From the human T2T-CHM13v2.0 reference genome, Homo sapiens, in NCBI RefSeq assembly GCF_009914755.1, contig NC_060936.1: a DNA stretch of 64,000 bases. The stretch is one strand, 5' to 3'. Shown here one piece after another: positions 30,503 to 46,243 of the stretch (positions are counted from its first letter, which is position 1; every line of letters begins with the position of its first letter). A program made the translations under genes and the position numbers. Under the pieces are notes generated by a model, which saw only the letters and a program-made list of their open reading frames with translations, had not been told where the DNA came from and searched no databases.

Positions 30503-31362
30503 CACTAAACACATTACACAGAAGTACTTGTGAAACGTGGAACAGCCATGTTTAAATATATTTGAAAAACTTAAAATTGGAGGGAATCAAGTGGTGAGAT
30601 TTTGTTCAGCTTTGGTAAAGCAAACACATATATGTAAATTGCATACATATGAATGTATATTAGACATCTGAGAAATTCCAAACCTCCCAAGGCAGCTTGA
30701 AACAAAATAAACTGTTTAAATCAGAGCTCCTTCAAGACCCGTTCTTGCTTATGGTTAGTTCTTGGACTACTGGCCTAATAAATCAACCGGTCATTACCAA
30801 GGGCCTGGGTGCTCTGCCAGGCACTGCGGATCTAACAACGACAAACACAATGGACAGGATTCCTGCCTGCAGGTAGCTTGCAGTGTAGTGGGGGGAGAGA
30901 CATGAAGCAAGAAATTAGATATTAAAAGTTGTGCTCTGACAGTAAAGTGCCAGGTGATGTGAGAGTTTATCAGGGGATCTAGTGTATGACAGGTTGAGAG
31001 AAAGAGTCTTGGAGGAAATGCTATTTAGGCAGGGAAACGGTGTGTGTAAAATGCTGAGGTAAGAAAGCACCTGGTACTTCCAGGAAGGAGGCCTAGAGGG
31101 GAGGAGGCAGGGGAGAGAGAAGGAGTGGCAAATGAAGATGGAGAGGCTAGGTGGGCACCGGGGCAAAGTAGCCTTATTTGCATTTCTTCCTGCAAGCCGG
31201 AGGCAGCCCTGATGTGCCTTGAGCTTTGGCACATCAGCGACATGACACCGGCTCTGAGGGCTCTCACCATGACACATCTCCTCTTGCCAAGGCCAACAGG
31301 TGCCTGTCGGGAGCCTTTGTGTTGTGTTGTTTTCAAGTAAAGATAGACCAGCCCCTCTTTAC

Positions 31363-31535
31363 CTTCCGATGCTGTAGTAACAGTCAGGCTTTTTGACGGC
31401 TTCAAATCCATCTGGGTTCATGGAAGGCATGATGTGTATCCGGGTACTATTGATCAGATTTGTGATTTCAGGGTCTTTGCCATCACTGGTTACGAGATAG
31501 TCAATCAGATGGAGCAGCAGCTCCCGCCCAACAGT
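31363..31535 (-). CDS. CPM: Carboxypeptidase M exon 4
   Basis: [57 protein letters not shown](R); tAG|...|GTAAAG; 173 nt; M14 family NPDG motif. Confidence 0.98.
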
Positions 31536-31830
31536 CTATATGTGTTAAAGAGAAAAGAGGACATTATTAGGTCAGAGGCAATAAGGAAAGCACTCCCTAC
31601 GGTACAAATTCCCCAATAGGGGTCTCTACACATGATATCTCAGACCCAAACTAGTTTGTAAGATCACTCTTTCTCAAGCATGCTTATGCTCTGCCAAGTG
31701 GCCATCAGGTGGCGATCAGTCCTGAGGTATGCTGAAAAATGCTAGTAAGAGTGAAAGTACCTATTTGTAAATAGTTTACATATTGCAAAAATGAATTAGA
31801 GTGGAATAATGCTGCTGCTGCTGCTGCTTC

Positions 31831-32132
<302 letters not shown>

Positions 32133-32975
32133 GCAATAATGATTCTTACAACATTTTTCATTTGGTTGCCTTCCAAAGTATCTTCTGGAGTGGGAGAGCA
32201 AGAGGTTGAGTTACAGAGAAGCACAGGAATCACGTATTTCCATGAGAATGCATGGTGCATATGAAGCTTATCATGTATGTATTGGTGGATAACAGACTTA
32301 AAATCATCACATTGTAGATTTTTTTTTTTTTAAGACAGGGTCTTGCTATGTTGCTAAGGCTGGCTTCCAACTCCTGAGAAACTTCATATCATTATCACTT
32401 TTCTAGATATATATTTCTAATATATATTAAGTAAAAGCATGACTATTAAAATGTTAAAAGCTGTCATATCCACCTAAATTAGCTTGCAGTATCAATAAGG
32501 CTTGGGAAACTGAAGGCCTGTGAGAGAACTTGCTTTATAATCCCTCCCCAGGAGAGAGAGTCATTATTTTTCTTATTTAAAAAAAGTAATTTAAATGTCA
32601 GCCTTATCATAGGAAGATCTGCTTAGACTACATCAAATTCTCCCTATCATTTTAGGTTCAAGGAATCTGCTTCAGAAGAACAGATGTTGTTGAGGGGTTA
32701 GTAAATGAGAACTCAGGGGCAGCAGGTGAGAAAATCAGGAGAGTGCTGCAGGCACATTCATGTAGACACTGTGCAAGAAAAGATTTCATGGAGCCTCAGA
32801 AGAATTTCCAGTCATGATTTCACTGTAGGACTTCAACATTGTGACAAAGGATAAGCGGTCCTTGGATGACCACTTCTCACTTGATTCCCTCACTGGCACA
32901 TAAAGAGACCACATTTTAAACATTTGTTATCCTAATGAACACAGAATAATTGAAATTGGGACTAAGAAAATTTGG

Positions 32976-33278
32976 GGCTGGTGGCAGTGGCTCATGCCTG
33001 TAATCTCAGCACTTTGGGAGGCTAAGGCGGAGCCCAGGAGTTTGAGATCAGCCTGGGCAATATAGCGAGATCCCATCACTACATAAAATAAGAAATTAGC
33101 CAGGCATGGTGACACAGACCTATGGCCCCAACTACTCAGGAGGCTGAGGTAGGAGGATCGCTTGTGCTGCCCAGGAGGTTGAGGCAGCAGTGAGAAGAGA
33201 TCGCACCACTGCATTCCAGCATGGGTGACAGAGTGAGACCCTGTCTCAAAAAAAAAAAAAAAAAAGAAAGAAAGAAAA
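32976..33278 (+). mobile_element. AluJ-like
   Basis: Alu consensus; TSD aagaaaatttggg. Confidence 0.9.
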
Positions 33279-33394
33279 TTTGGGATATATGAATTATAGA
33301 TTCATAGGCAACCATAAAATTTAGAGTCAGATTATGTCCAATCCTGACTTCAACTTTTTTTCCTACTCATTTTTTATCTTCCTCTTCCACTACC

Positions 33395-33684
33395 TTTTTT
33401 TTTGAGACAGAGTCTCACTCTGTCACCCAGGCTAGAGTGCAGTGGCACCATGTTGGCTCACTACAACCTCCGTCTCCTGGATTCAAGCAATTCTCCTGCC
33501 TCACCCTCCCAAGTAGCTGAGATTACAGGTGCCCACCAGCATGTCTGGCTAATTTTGATATTTTTAGTAGAGACAGGGTTTCACCATGTTGGCCAGGCTG
33601 GTCTCGAACTCCTGACCTCAGGTGATCTGCCTGCCTCAGCCTCCCAAAGTGCTGGGATTACTGTGTGAGCCACCGCGCCCGGCC
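33395..33684 (-). mobile_element. Alu (AluS-like)
   Basis: Alu consensus. Confidence 0.92.
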
Positions 33685-33912
33685 AGATTTTTGTTTTTAT
33701 AGTCAAAATTGTCACTGGAAAAAGTCCTTACAAGCTAATAACCAAAAAAGTCACTTGTACACCCCACTGGGTTCCAATTTTAAGATATAATAGGTTTTTG
33801 AAGGTCCAGCACCTTTGGAAGTAACCTTGATGAGCTACTTATGACCTCCCCTAAAGCCAGTGGGGAGGAGCTGGTAACATAAAACTGTGACAGTAACTTT
33901 AAATGTGAAAAG

Positions 33913-34207
33913 GGGCTGGGCGTGGAGGCTTAAGCCTGTAATCCCAGCACTTTGGGAGGCCGAGGTGGGTGGATCACCCGAAGTCAGGAGTTTGAGACCA
34001 GCCTGGCCAACATGGTGAAACCCCATCTCTACTAAAAATACAAAAATTAGCTGGGCATGGTGGCAGGTGACTGTAATCCCCACTACTCAGGAGGCTCAGG
34101 CACAAGAATCGCTTGAACCTAGGAGGCGGAGGTTGCAATGAGCCGAGATCGCGCCACCAGCTTGGGTGACAGAGTGAGACACACCATCTCGAAAAAAAAC
34201 CAAAAAA
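33913..34207 (+). mobile_element. Alu (AluS-like)
   Basis: Alu consensus; TSD aaatgtgaaaa. Confidence 0.92.
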
Positions 34208-34599
34208 ATGTGAAAAAGATCGTTGGTTTAAGAAGCTTTCTCAGAAGGGTTTGGGGAGGAATAGGTACAGGAAGGTGAGGAGGAAGTGACCAGGAGTCCC
34301 ATAGTTCCTTAAATGTCTAAATGCTGGTTAGAGGCCATAGTATGGTTCAATCGGCAAAAATCCCTGGCCTATCTGAGTCCCAAGTCAAGAACAGAGAGGA
34401 AGTGATATCAGAATCCCCATGTGACTCTAAATGTGAATTTGTCTCTTAGCTATCTGAATCATACACTCTCCAGCATGCAAACAATCACGACACGAGTTGG
34501 CAATGAAATTCACCCAACCGAAAGAAAGTGAAAAGGAAGAGTAAAGAAACCATGATTAGGAGGCTAGGTTGAGTTGGTATTCTGTTAGATACAGAATTA

Positions 34600-35400
<801 letters not shown>

Positions 35401-36434
35401 GACAAATGTGATAATCAATTTCTTATTTTGAGAAAGCATCAATTTCACCAGTTATTTTAGTTTCACTTCAGTTTTATTCTTCTGTTAATTCAAATAAAAT
35501 AAAATTTCATACAATATAACATATGAGACATTTTATTTTATATTCTTTTAATTCCTCTCATTCTCTTACTACAGAAATATATAGATGTCTACAATGATGT
35601 CTGACAAATATTAATGATGGCTATTTCTGGGTACAGTATTCTGAATGATTTTTATTTCCTCTTATTCTTTTTAAAGAAAACCTATGTCATTTTTACAAAA
35701 ATAATAAAATCATGATTCTTTCAGGGAAACAAGTATGTAACCAAAGTATTTTTTGTGTGTCTCAATAGTCCACAACAAATCACAAGTTCTCAATTGCAAG
35801 GGTAAATAAAAATCTTGAAAATAAGATAAAGAACCAACTAAGCATCAGATAATTTTTTAAATGCTGAGATAAACAGATGAAATTTCAGAGGCAGTTAAAC
35901 AAAATCCTCCTTTCTTTTTGGGCCATCTTTTCCTGCCTCTGTAACAGCAGATTTATGCCAAATATTATTCAAATTAATTCTTCCCAACCTTAATATAAAT
36001 GTTTCAAACACTCATTCATGTTTTATGTATAAACCTCCCTTCATTGAAAATTAAGTCTTTGACAGGAAACCCTGGAGAGTCCAAATTTTAAAAAAGAATG
36101 TGGTCAAAAGAGTCTCCAATTGCCCAGGCAGCCTTTCACCCAGCATGCTGGCTTCCTTCCTGTGAGAGCACAGACTTCAGGGAGAAGCCCTCATGAAGAA
36201 ACGGGGGCCTGATGGACACACCGGCCTCCGGAGACTCTCACTCCATCTCCTTCATCCGGTGGTTAAAATGGCAATCACCCAGAAAGCAGAAAATACATTC
36301 TCTATCAGCTGCAGTTCAATTCAGTCAAGTTGGAATTTGCCACACAGATACAAATGAGTGTTCTGGTTCTTCACAGAATGTTTATTAAAAAAAACAGAAA
36401 AAAATTTTTGAAGGAACAATCCACAACCCAGGCA

Positions 36435-36470
36435 GTGTTGTGTGGTGTGTGTGTGTGTGCACGCGCATGC

Positions 36471-36510
<40 letters not shown>
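36435..36510. repeat. Compound (TG)n-GCACGCGCATGC-(GT)n-(GA)n microsatellite
   Basis: Direct observation. Confidence 0.9.
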
Positions 36511-37690
36511 ATCTTCAGCTATCCTAACAATGGAATCTGTTTTTGAAATGCTACCCTGTGATGCAGCTTCTGGGGGGAAAGTCATCGGGCTGTGGGGCTC
36601 CACAGTGGTGTGTGTGTTATAGATTTAAGTTATTTGTCTGACCTGCCTAGCTAATCCTTCTTCTTCAAATATCAGCCTAAACATGACATTTATCTAGCAT
36701 ACTTTTCTTGACCTCCCAAGTCTGGGTTCACCATGACACCTGTGTTATCTAATGCGGGTCACACACGTTACAATCACTTGGCTGACCTTGACTGACCTCC
36801 CTTTCTCTAACTCCACCATCGAAGCCCCGAAGTCAGGGACCTTCACGGTTTTTCTCTGTATCCCTGTGTTCTTGGTGTAGCTTGTCCAGCTCCTGGTATA
36901 TCATGTATTCAATAAATAATTGCTAATAAACTACTGTTGAAAATTCATTATAAGATCAAGACTATCCTGAGGAAGAACTTTCTGAAATTCACATGAGGAC
37001 TTAAGGTGCTTTGTAAGGGGAGATGTACAAATGATCAAGCTATTTTATCTGAAGGATTTTTAAATACCGAACACATTTTATAGAGGCACAGGCTAACAAT
37101 TCCGCTCATGACAGGGACTTGGGATATCTGGTCACCAAACAGTTCATTAATTTAAAACATGCTTAAAATGAATTAGATATTTCACCTGGAAAACAATGAG
37201 CTCTGCCTAAATCTAAAAAGAAAGAATTTAATTATTCAAACCACAGAGCGTTACTGAGGACATTTTACTATCACCTGAGGATAGTGGTAGGAAAAGGAGC
37301 TTGGGCAGCGGCATTTAGAAAGACAAGCTTTAATGTTGTGTTTTGGTTTAATGATAAGTTGGGAACCTCTACTGCATGTTGACTGTACTTCCCAGATTTT
37401 CCAGAACGGCCATAATTTCAGATATTGTGTCCCACTGTCTGCGTAAACCATTAAAATACCCCCTAAGTAAAACATTTAGACATGCAAACTACATCTCATC
37501 AACTGTCTCTTATACTTAGAAGGTGTGTGAAAGTCATTTATCCTTTATCTCTTTATTTTCAGGTTGACAAATATGGCCACTATTACCCAGGGAATGTTTT
37601 CTCTTTTCAACCTATATTTCTGGAATACAATAAACTATAAACCAATGCCACAATCATAAAATTCTAAATGTGATGCGAATTTTTCAAAAG

Positions 37691-38365
37691 TGAAACTGCC
37701 TTTGCAAAAATCATAACAGTGAGAAAATTATGGCAATGAAAGAGATCTGATGAAACCAACTCCATCTTGCGTCTAACCTTCAAGCTGTCCTTGTTCATTC
37801 CTGGGCATAGGCTAAACTAACATAGTTCATAGTTTAACTTTGAAACAAAGATGATAATAGCCTTTTCCTGAATGTAGGACTAACAAATTAGCCACAAGAT
37901 TAGAAATTATGGCTTAGGAGTTATGCAGCCAGAGGCCACAAGATTCCAAGCCTCCCCAATTGCTCAGAGGGATAATATCACTATTGTAAAACCTAAGATA
38001 TTTTTTAGACCCTGCACTGGATGGATCTGCTGGCACCACCCACATCGATAAACTGGCTCATCTGGTCTTGTGGCCCCCACCCAGGAACTGACTCAGCACA
38101 AGAGGACAGCTTTGACACCCTATGATTTCGTCTCCGACCTGACCAATCACCACTCCCCACTGTCTCTCCCCCAACCCACAAAATTATCCTTAAAAACTCC
38201 CAGTCTCTGAATTTTTGGGGAGACTGACTTGAGTAATAGTAAAACTCCGGTCTCCTGTTTAGTTGGCTTTGCATGAATTAAACTCTTTCTCTATCGCAAT
38301 TCCCCTGTCTTGATAAATCTGCTCTATCTGGACAACAGGCAAAATGAACCTGTTGGGCAGTTACA
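37691..38365 (+). mobile_element. ERV1 solo LTR, LTR8-like
   Basis: Starts TGAAACTGCCTTTGCAAAA, ends GGGCAGTTACA; 4-bp TSD AAAG on both sides; internal ATTAAA. Confidence 0.85.
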
Positions 38366-38476
38366 AAAGCCCATATTAAGTCTATCTTAGTAAAAATACT
38401 TCATTGCTCTTTAAGAAACTAAGGCTTAAAAAAATTCCTACCCCCCATCTCCCCAAAAAAGCAGAATTGCAATTTA

Positions 38477-38773
38477 GGCTGGGCGCAATGGCTCAAGCCT
38501 GTAATCCCAACACTTTGGAAGGCCAAAGCCAGAGGATCGCTTGAGGCCAGGAGTTTGAGAACAGTCTGAGCAACACTGTGGGACCCCATCTCTACAAAAA
38601 ATAAAAAACTTAGCCTGGTGTGGTGGCACACACCTCTAGACCTAGCTATGTGGGAGGCTGAGGCAGGAGGATTGCTTGGACCCAGGTGTTTGAGGTTACA
38701 GTGAGCCATGATCACACCAATGCATTCTAGCCTGCGTTACAGAGCGAGATCCCAACTCTAAAATAAAAAATAA
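38477..38773 (+). mobile_element. AluJ-like
   Basis: Alu consensus; TSD aattgcaatttag. Confidence 0.9.
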
Positions 38774-38934
38774 TTGCAATTTAGTTAAATTATTTTACAA
38801 GCATATTCAATAGTTACTCCTACAGTACAGTATTTAAGACCCTTGGCACTGAGGTCAAGGAAACCTGGGTTTGAACCCAGGCTCTGACCTATGATACTTT
38901 GCTTAATGTTACTAGGGTTGGCTTAAAACTCTAG

Positions 38935-39251
<317 letters not shown>

Positions 39252-41289
39252 TAAGCACACAGTCATGCCTTGCTTCAATATTTCCATTAGGCAGGAATTA
39301 AAGATGTCTTACCAACCTAGAGATTACCCAAGAAAAGTATTTTTTCTGCAAAATTTGAAAAACATGGGATAGAAGATAAGCACAAAACAAAGAGTAGGGA
39401 GGGCTGGGGAAGATTTTCCCAGGCTTCTCTTCTGCATCCACATTTAGGCTGAGGATGTTAGATGCTCCTGGTTTCAGGGCATGGTCCCAGTTTTCAGTAT
39501 AGCTCTGATTTTAGAGTATTGGTTATAGTTTACTACACACCAAGCCAGGAGCAGAATGAGGTGATGGGGGAAGGTGAGGGGACAAGGATCCTGTTCCCAG
39601 GCAATCTGAATATCTGTAGCATACAGGAATGGCAGAGAACCCCATTCAGCCTGCACTGGCATCAACCCTTCCAATTAAAAAAAAAAAGATTCAACTGTAG
39701 GTATGCCAAGTGATGCCAATTAGGAGCTTGCGTAAATTAAACCTAGAATTGAGGCTTCAATCCAACATGCCAATATGTGTGCAAATAATGTGTGTGCCTG
39801 GATGAACCAGAAAAACACCTACTAGTCTTATTAAAATGAGAAAGAACCCCAGAAATGTTTCTCCCATGCTGCTCCAAAAAATGAATAAACATCGGTGACA
39901 AAGGCTCACCACGAGTGCTATGTCTGTCAGCTCCCCAGCAGTCAAGGAGAGAGAAGTGAAGAGTAGGGGAAAGAAAGGGACAGGTAGGTGACTGGAAGAT
40001 ACTTATTCCAGTGTTGCCCTCTAAGAGCTTGTTACTCTTTTACATAACAGCAAGCCCAAATCCTCTCACCAAATGGTGCTGCAACAACTTAGTATCCATC
40101 CCAGTGAAATTAATTTGAGATAGATCATAGATCTATACTTAAGAATGAAAACCATAAAACAGAACATTTTAAAAACAGAGAAGAGAGAGTAAAGGAGTGG
40201 ATCCACAGCTGGGCAAAGCTTGGTGTTCAGGCTCCGGGTTCCCACAGCTGGTGACCAAGCATAAACCTGGGCCCCCTTCATGGTACATGGGACTAATAAA
40301 CATGCCTTCTGCAGAGGTGATCCAAAGAAACGAGGCCTAAAATGCACTTATTGTCATCTGTGCTCCATAAATGTTAGCTATTGTTATTATTTTCTTGTAA
40401 AGCACTGTTTGAGGAGGCAACTTGCCAGCCTGATTAATGTGGCATAGTGAGCCTGTGCCATAGAAAGCATGTGAGACAATGGAAGGTCACTGAAGACAAG
40501 AAAAATATCTACAGTATGAGCCATGATCCTAGTAGAACAATGACCTTTGCAAGAATAAGAGAATACGTGAAATTCATGCAAAATGAGGAGTGAGTTTAAC
40601 TTTACTTATTTTGTAACAATACTTGGCTGAAAATGGGCCATTTTAAGTTGATTTTGCTACCCGGAGTTTGCTTTTGGCATTCCTGAGTGTAGCCAGGTGA
40701 ATTAGCCTGAACCCTCAGCATCAATCAAATGAACCTATCGTCACAACTCCTAAGATGTGTATTAGCCACATTAAATTCAACAAACCTTTAGATTTAATTT
40801 CCAGTTTGAAGTAAAGTCAGGGACTAGAGGTACAACTGCAGTGATACTATAAAGAAGCAAACCAAAAATCCAGAATATGTGGCATTCTACAGGGCAGACA
40901 ACTGATTGGGCTCTTTATCAAGCCTAGTATCATAATAAAAAGATACTGGATTAAATGAGATCCAAGAGATCCAACATATCCACTAAATGTGATGCATGAG
41001 CCAGGACTGGATCCTGATTTGGGTAATTTTAGAGACATTTGAGGACAATTGGAGAAACTAGAAAGTGGGGGATAAGATAAAGATAGGATAAAGATTTATT
41101 GGTACAAAAAGGTAGCTAGTATTTACTTAAAAGTGTTGCAAATAGCATAGTCTCTTTTGGTAAAAGTACATGCACACACAAATATCTGGAAAAACAAATA
41201 AGAAATTAAGAGCACTAATTTTGGGAAGGTCAGTATATAATGTTTTGTTTATACTTTTTCTAACATGAACATATGTTGATTTTGTAATA

Positions 41290-42422
<1,133 letters not shown>

Positions 42423-43386
42423 CCAGACAATTTCTAATTTAAAAAAAGACCCAATTCTAAAACAAGGCATAAATAAGTAAAATAAAAATACATGGGGGAA
42501 AATGGCAGGTGTAATCAGCAGAGCTGAGTCTCCCTGATTCAGCTGATGCTTCCTGTCATCTAGCCATAGTATTAAGTGTGGAAACACACACACAAACACA
42601 CACACATGCACAGTGGGGGTGGGGTCCCATTTTAAAAATAGTGTGGCCAATTCTGTCCACCCTGCCACTCAGTGTGTATGTGTTCCCTGCTGGGATTCTC
42701 CACCTAAGGTCCATAAACTCCTAGGTAATCCACAGACCCTGAAGTCAGGTCAAATTTATAACAGAATAGCAAGGAATACACCAAAAAAGGTTAAGAATCA
42801 CTGCCCTAAAATGTTAGCTCTGTTGCTTCTTAAAAATGCTTTCAATTTCAAAAGATCTATGGGAGGAAAAAGGGGGTTGTTATATCCTGTATTCAGAAGG
42901 ACTTCTCTGCTCCAATGTTATGCCATCACTTTCTTCAGCTCCTAGCGGCATGGGGAGGGCAGAATAGATAAGGTCTCAAATTCAGAATAATAAATTTCTT
43001 ACTAGCCCCATAGAGCCCCCAGACATTGCCACGAGCTGGGTCACATAAGGGGGTAAAAGTGCTTCAGATTCCCACCCCAAAATACACTGGGACTTTTCCC
43101 CGCTGCCTAGTCTCAGCCCTCAGCATTTCTCAAAGAATCAGAGCGCACTAGCGAGCCCTGATTTGAACGATACACCAGACAACAAGATGCCAGAAATTTA
43201 GGAAAGTGCATGGAAAGAATAAACAAATTCGGGGGTAGGTGACGGAAAGGACTCTTGCTTATCTTTGGGAGTTTCAGTTCTGAGGACTAATTTCTGAGTA
43301 GATAGCTGGAACCTCTGAAATGCCAGCAATAAAAAAACTACTAAAGACAATGAATGCCATATGTCTCTTGTTACAAATGCATTCTG

Positions 43387-43886
<500 letters not shown>

Positions 43887-44510
43887 CTAAACTTGCACCC
43901 ACCCCAAAATCGGGTTCAAAAACTTATTCCTTTGCTAGGGGCAGGTGCTTGCATCTTAGCTGCAGCTGCAAGAAGTATCCTCTCTCAGCAGGACAGGTTG
44001 GGCAGCATGCCTGGCAAGGGCAGGCGGAGTGTACCATGAAGGGTAGATCCAGTTCCTATAGAGTTTGGGGAGGGCTTAAGCCAGAACAGGAAGCTCAGCA
44101 CTGATTAGAGCATGCCACCCATACTATTGCAAATCCAGAAGTGTTTTAACAAGTCAGCAGATAGTACTTATTGGAATATGTATGTAAATGAGAAAGTCCC
44201 TAAAGTTATAAGTTGTGTTTTACAGGGTAATACCCACATTCCTGTGCAAAGTTTCCTTACTGGGATGGCTGGGGACTCTTTGATCGCTCAGTTTTATAGA
44301 GTCCTGGTAAACAGAAAATATTTCAGTTGTCATGGTCTCAAAATATTCTGAGGAAGCAAGGTGAGAAACAGAGGTGAACATCTTCAACTGCCTGGCAAGA
44401 ATGGCTGGGTAGGTAACAGTGGTAAATGGTATTTTGTAGAACCTAAAAATAAAAGGAGAGTTTATCCCTGCTAAGTTGGAAAAGAGGCAAGATATTATTA
44501 AGGAATTTAA

Positions 44511-44826
<316 letters not shown>

Positions 44827-45363
44827 TGAATGGTGAGTAGGAGAGAATCATAAGTGTGATTGTCTAAACTGGAGCACTGAAGACAATGAGTGTTAGATTT
44901 AAGAGAGAGTAACAAAAGCATTTGAAAAGCCAGATCTCAGGAATTTGGGTAGCTATTTGGGAGTTTCTGATGGTTGTGGGTTCGGATACAATACAGCTCC
45001 TTTGCTGGGTCACCTTCATGCTGACCAGGAGGTGGGAAAACTTAACCCAGAAAGGAGATGCAGGGATTGGCTGGCAGAAGTTCAGGGCTGGGGAACTGTT
45101 GTTCTTCCGGCCCCAAACACAAAACAAGCTCCAGCTACTCTGACAGGGTGCTGGGTACACAACCATACAGCTGTGGTGGTTGTTGGACCCTGATTCCTTA
45201 ACCTCCCACAGGCCTCACAGGAAGACCTCTCTGGGCCTTGCTTCTTTGTACAATGCATGCTGGAGACTTCTCCAGGCTTCCTCGGTAGCATTTATACAGA
45301 GCTCAAGAGACCCTAGGGGAAGCTTCTCTGGTGACATTTCAGAAATTCAAGCCACATACGTAC

Positions 45364-45461
45364 CTCATCTCCATGCATATTTGCCACGTATTTGAACTCT
45401 GGAATCCCAATTCTGTGTTCCTTTGGAAACCGCCCCACAACAAGAACCCACAGGTTTCTAC
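45364..45461 (-). CDS. CPM: Carboxypeptidase M exon 3 (Zn ligands in HGDE)
   Basis: (G)[32 protein letters not shown]; aAG|...|GTACGT; 98 nt. The exon with the ATG/signal peptide was not found and lies beyond the window. Confidence 0.97.
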
Positions 45462-45921
45462 CTTTACAGGAAAAGAAGAAAAGATGGAAAAGTAAGTTGT
45501 CTCTTAAAATGACAAATGAACTCTGGTGAGACTAGGAAACAGGATGCTGCTTCCCCCACTTGATCGCCTGTTTCATGGTGACTTAAGTTTGTATGACTAA
45601 CATCTCCATGCTTAAAACACTCATCGTTTACCGTCAGAATTTATGGAAACCCTTTCAATTCAGCACAAATATTTCACTTATTATTTTAGAATGTGATTTT
45701 TAAAAGCTGAAGACTTATTAGGCGATGTAGATCTTACTCTTCTAAAATGTGTATATACATTACCCTGAGATCCTGGAGCCTTTGAGATCCTGGAGCCTCC
45801 TAGGATCTTGCTAATTCACACAATTATATAAAGTTAAATTATAGTTGATGGTTGACTGGGAGGGTGTCATAACTCGCAGTACAAGGAAAGAAAAAAAAAA
45901 ACAGCAATAAAAGTAACTCAG

Positions 45922-46243
<322 letters not shown>

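Noticed and set aside
43990-44020. Possible p53 response element (cagcatgcct ggcaagggc)
   Set aside because: Poor fit to two RRRCWWGYYY half-sites.
45766-45798. 16-bp direct repeat tgagatcctggagcct x2 near exon 3
   Set aside because: Ordinary small tandem duplication ~300 nt from the splice site; no functional cue.
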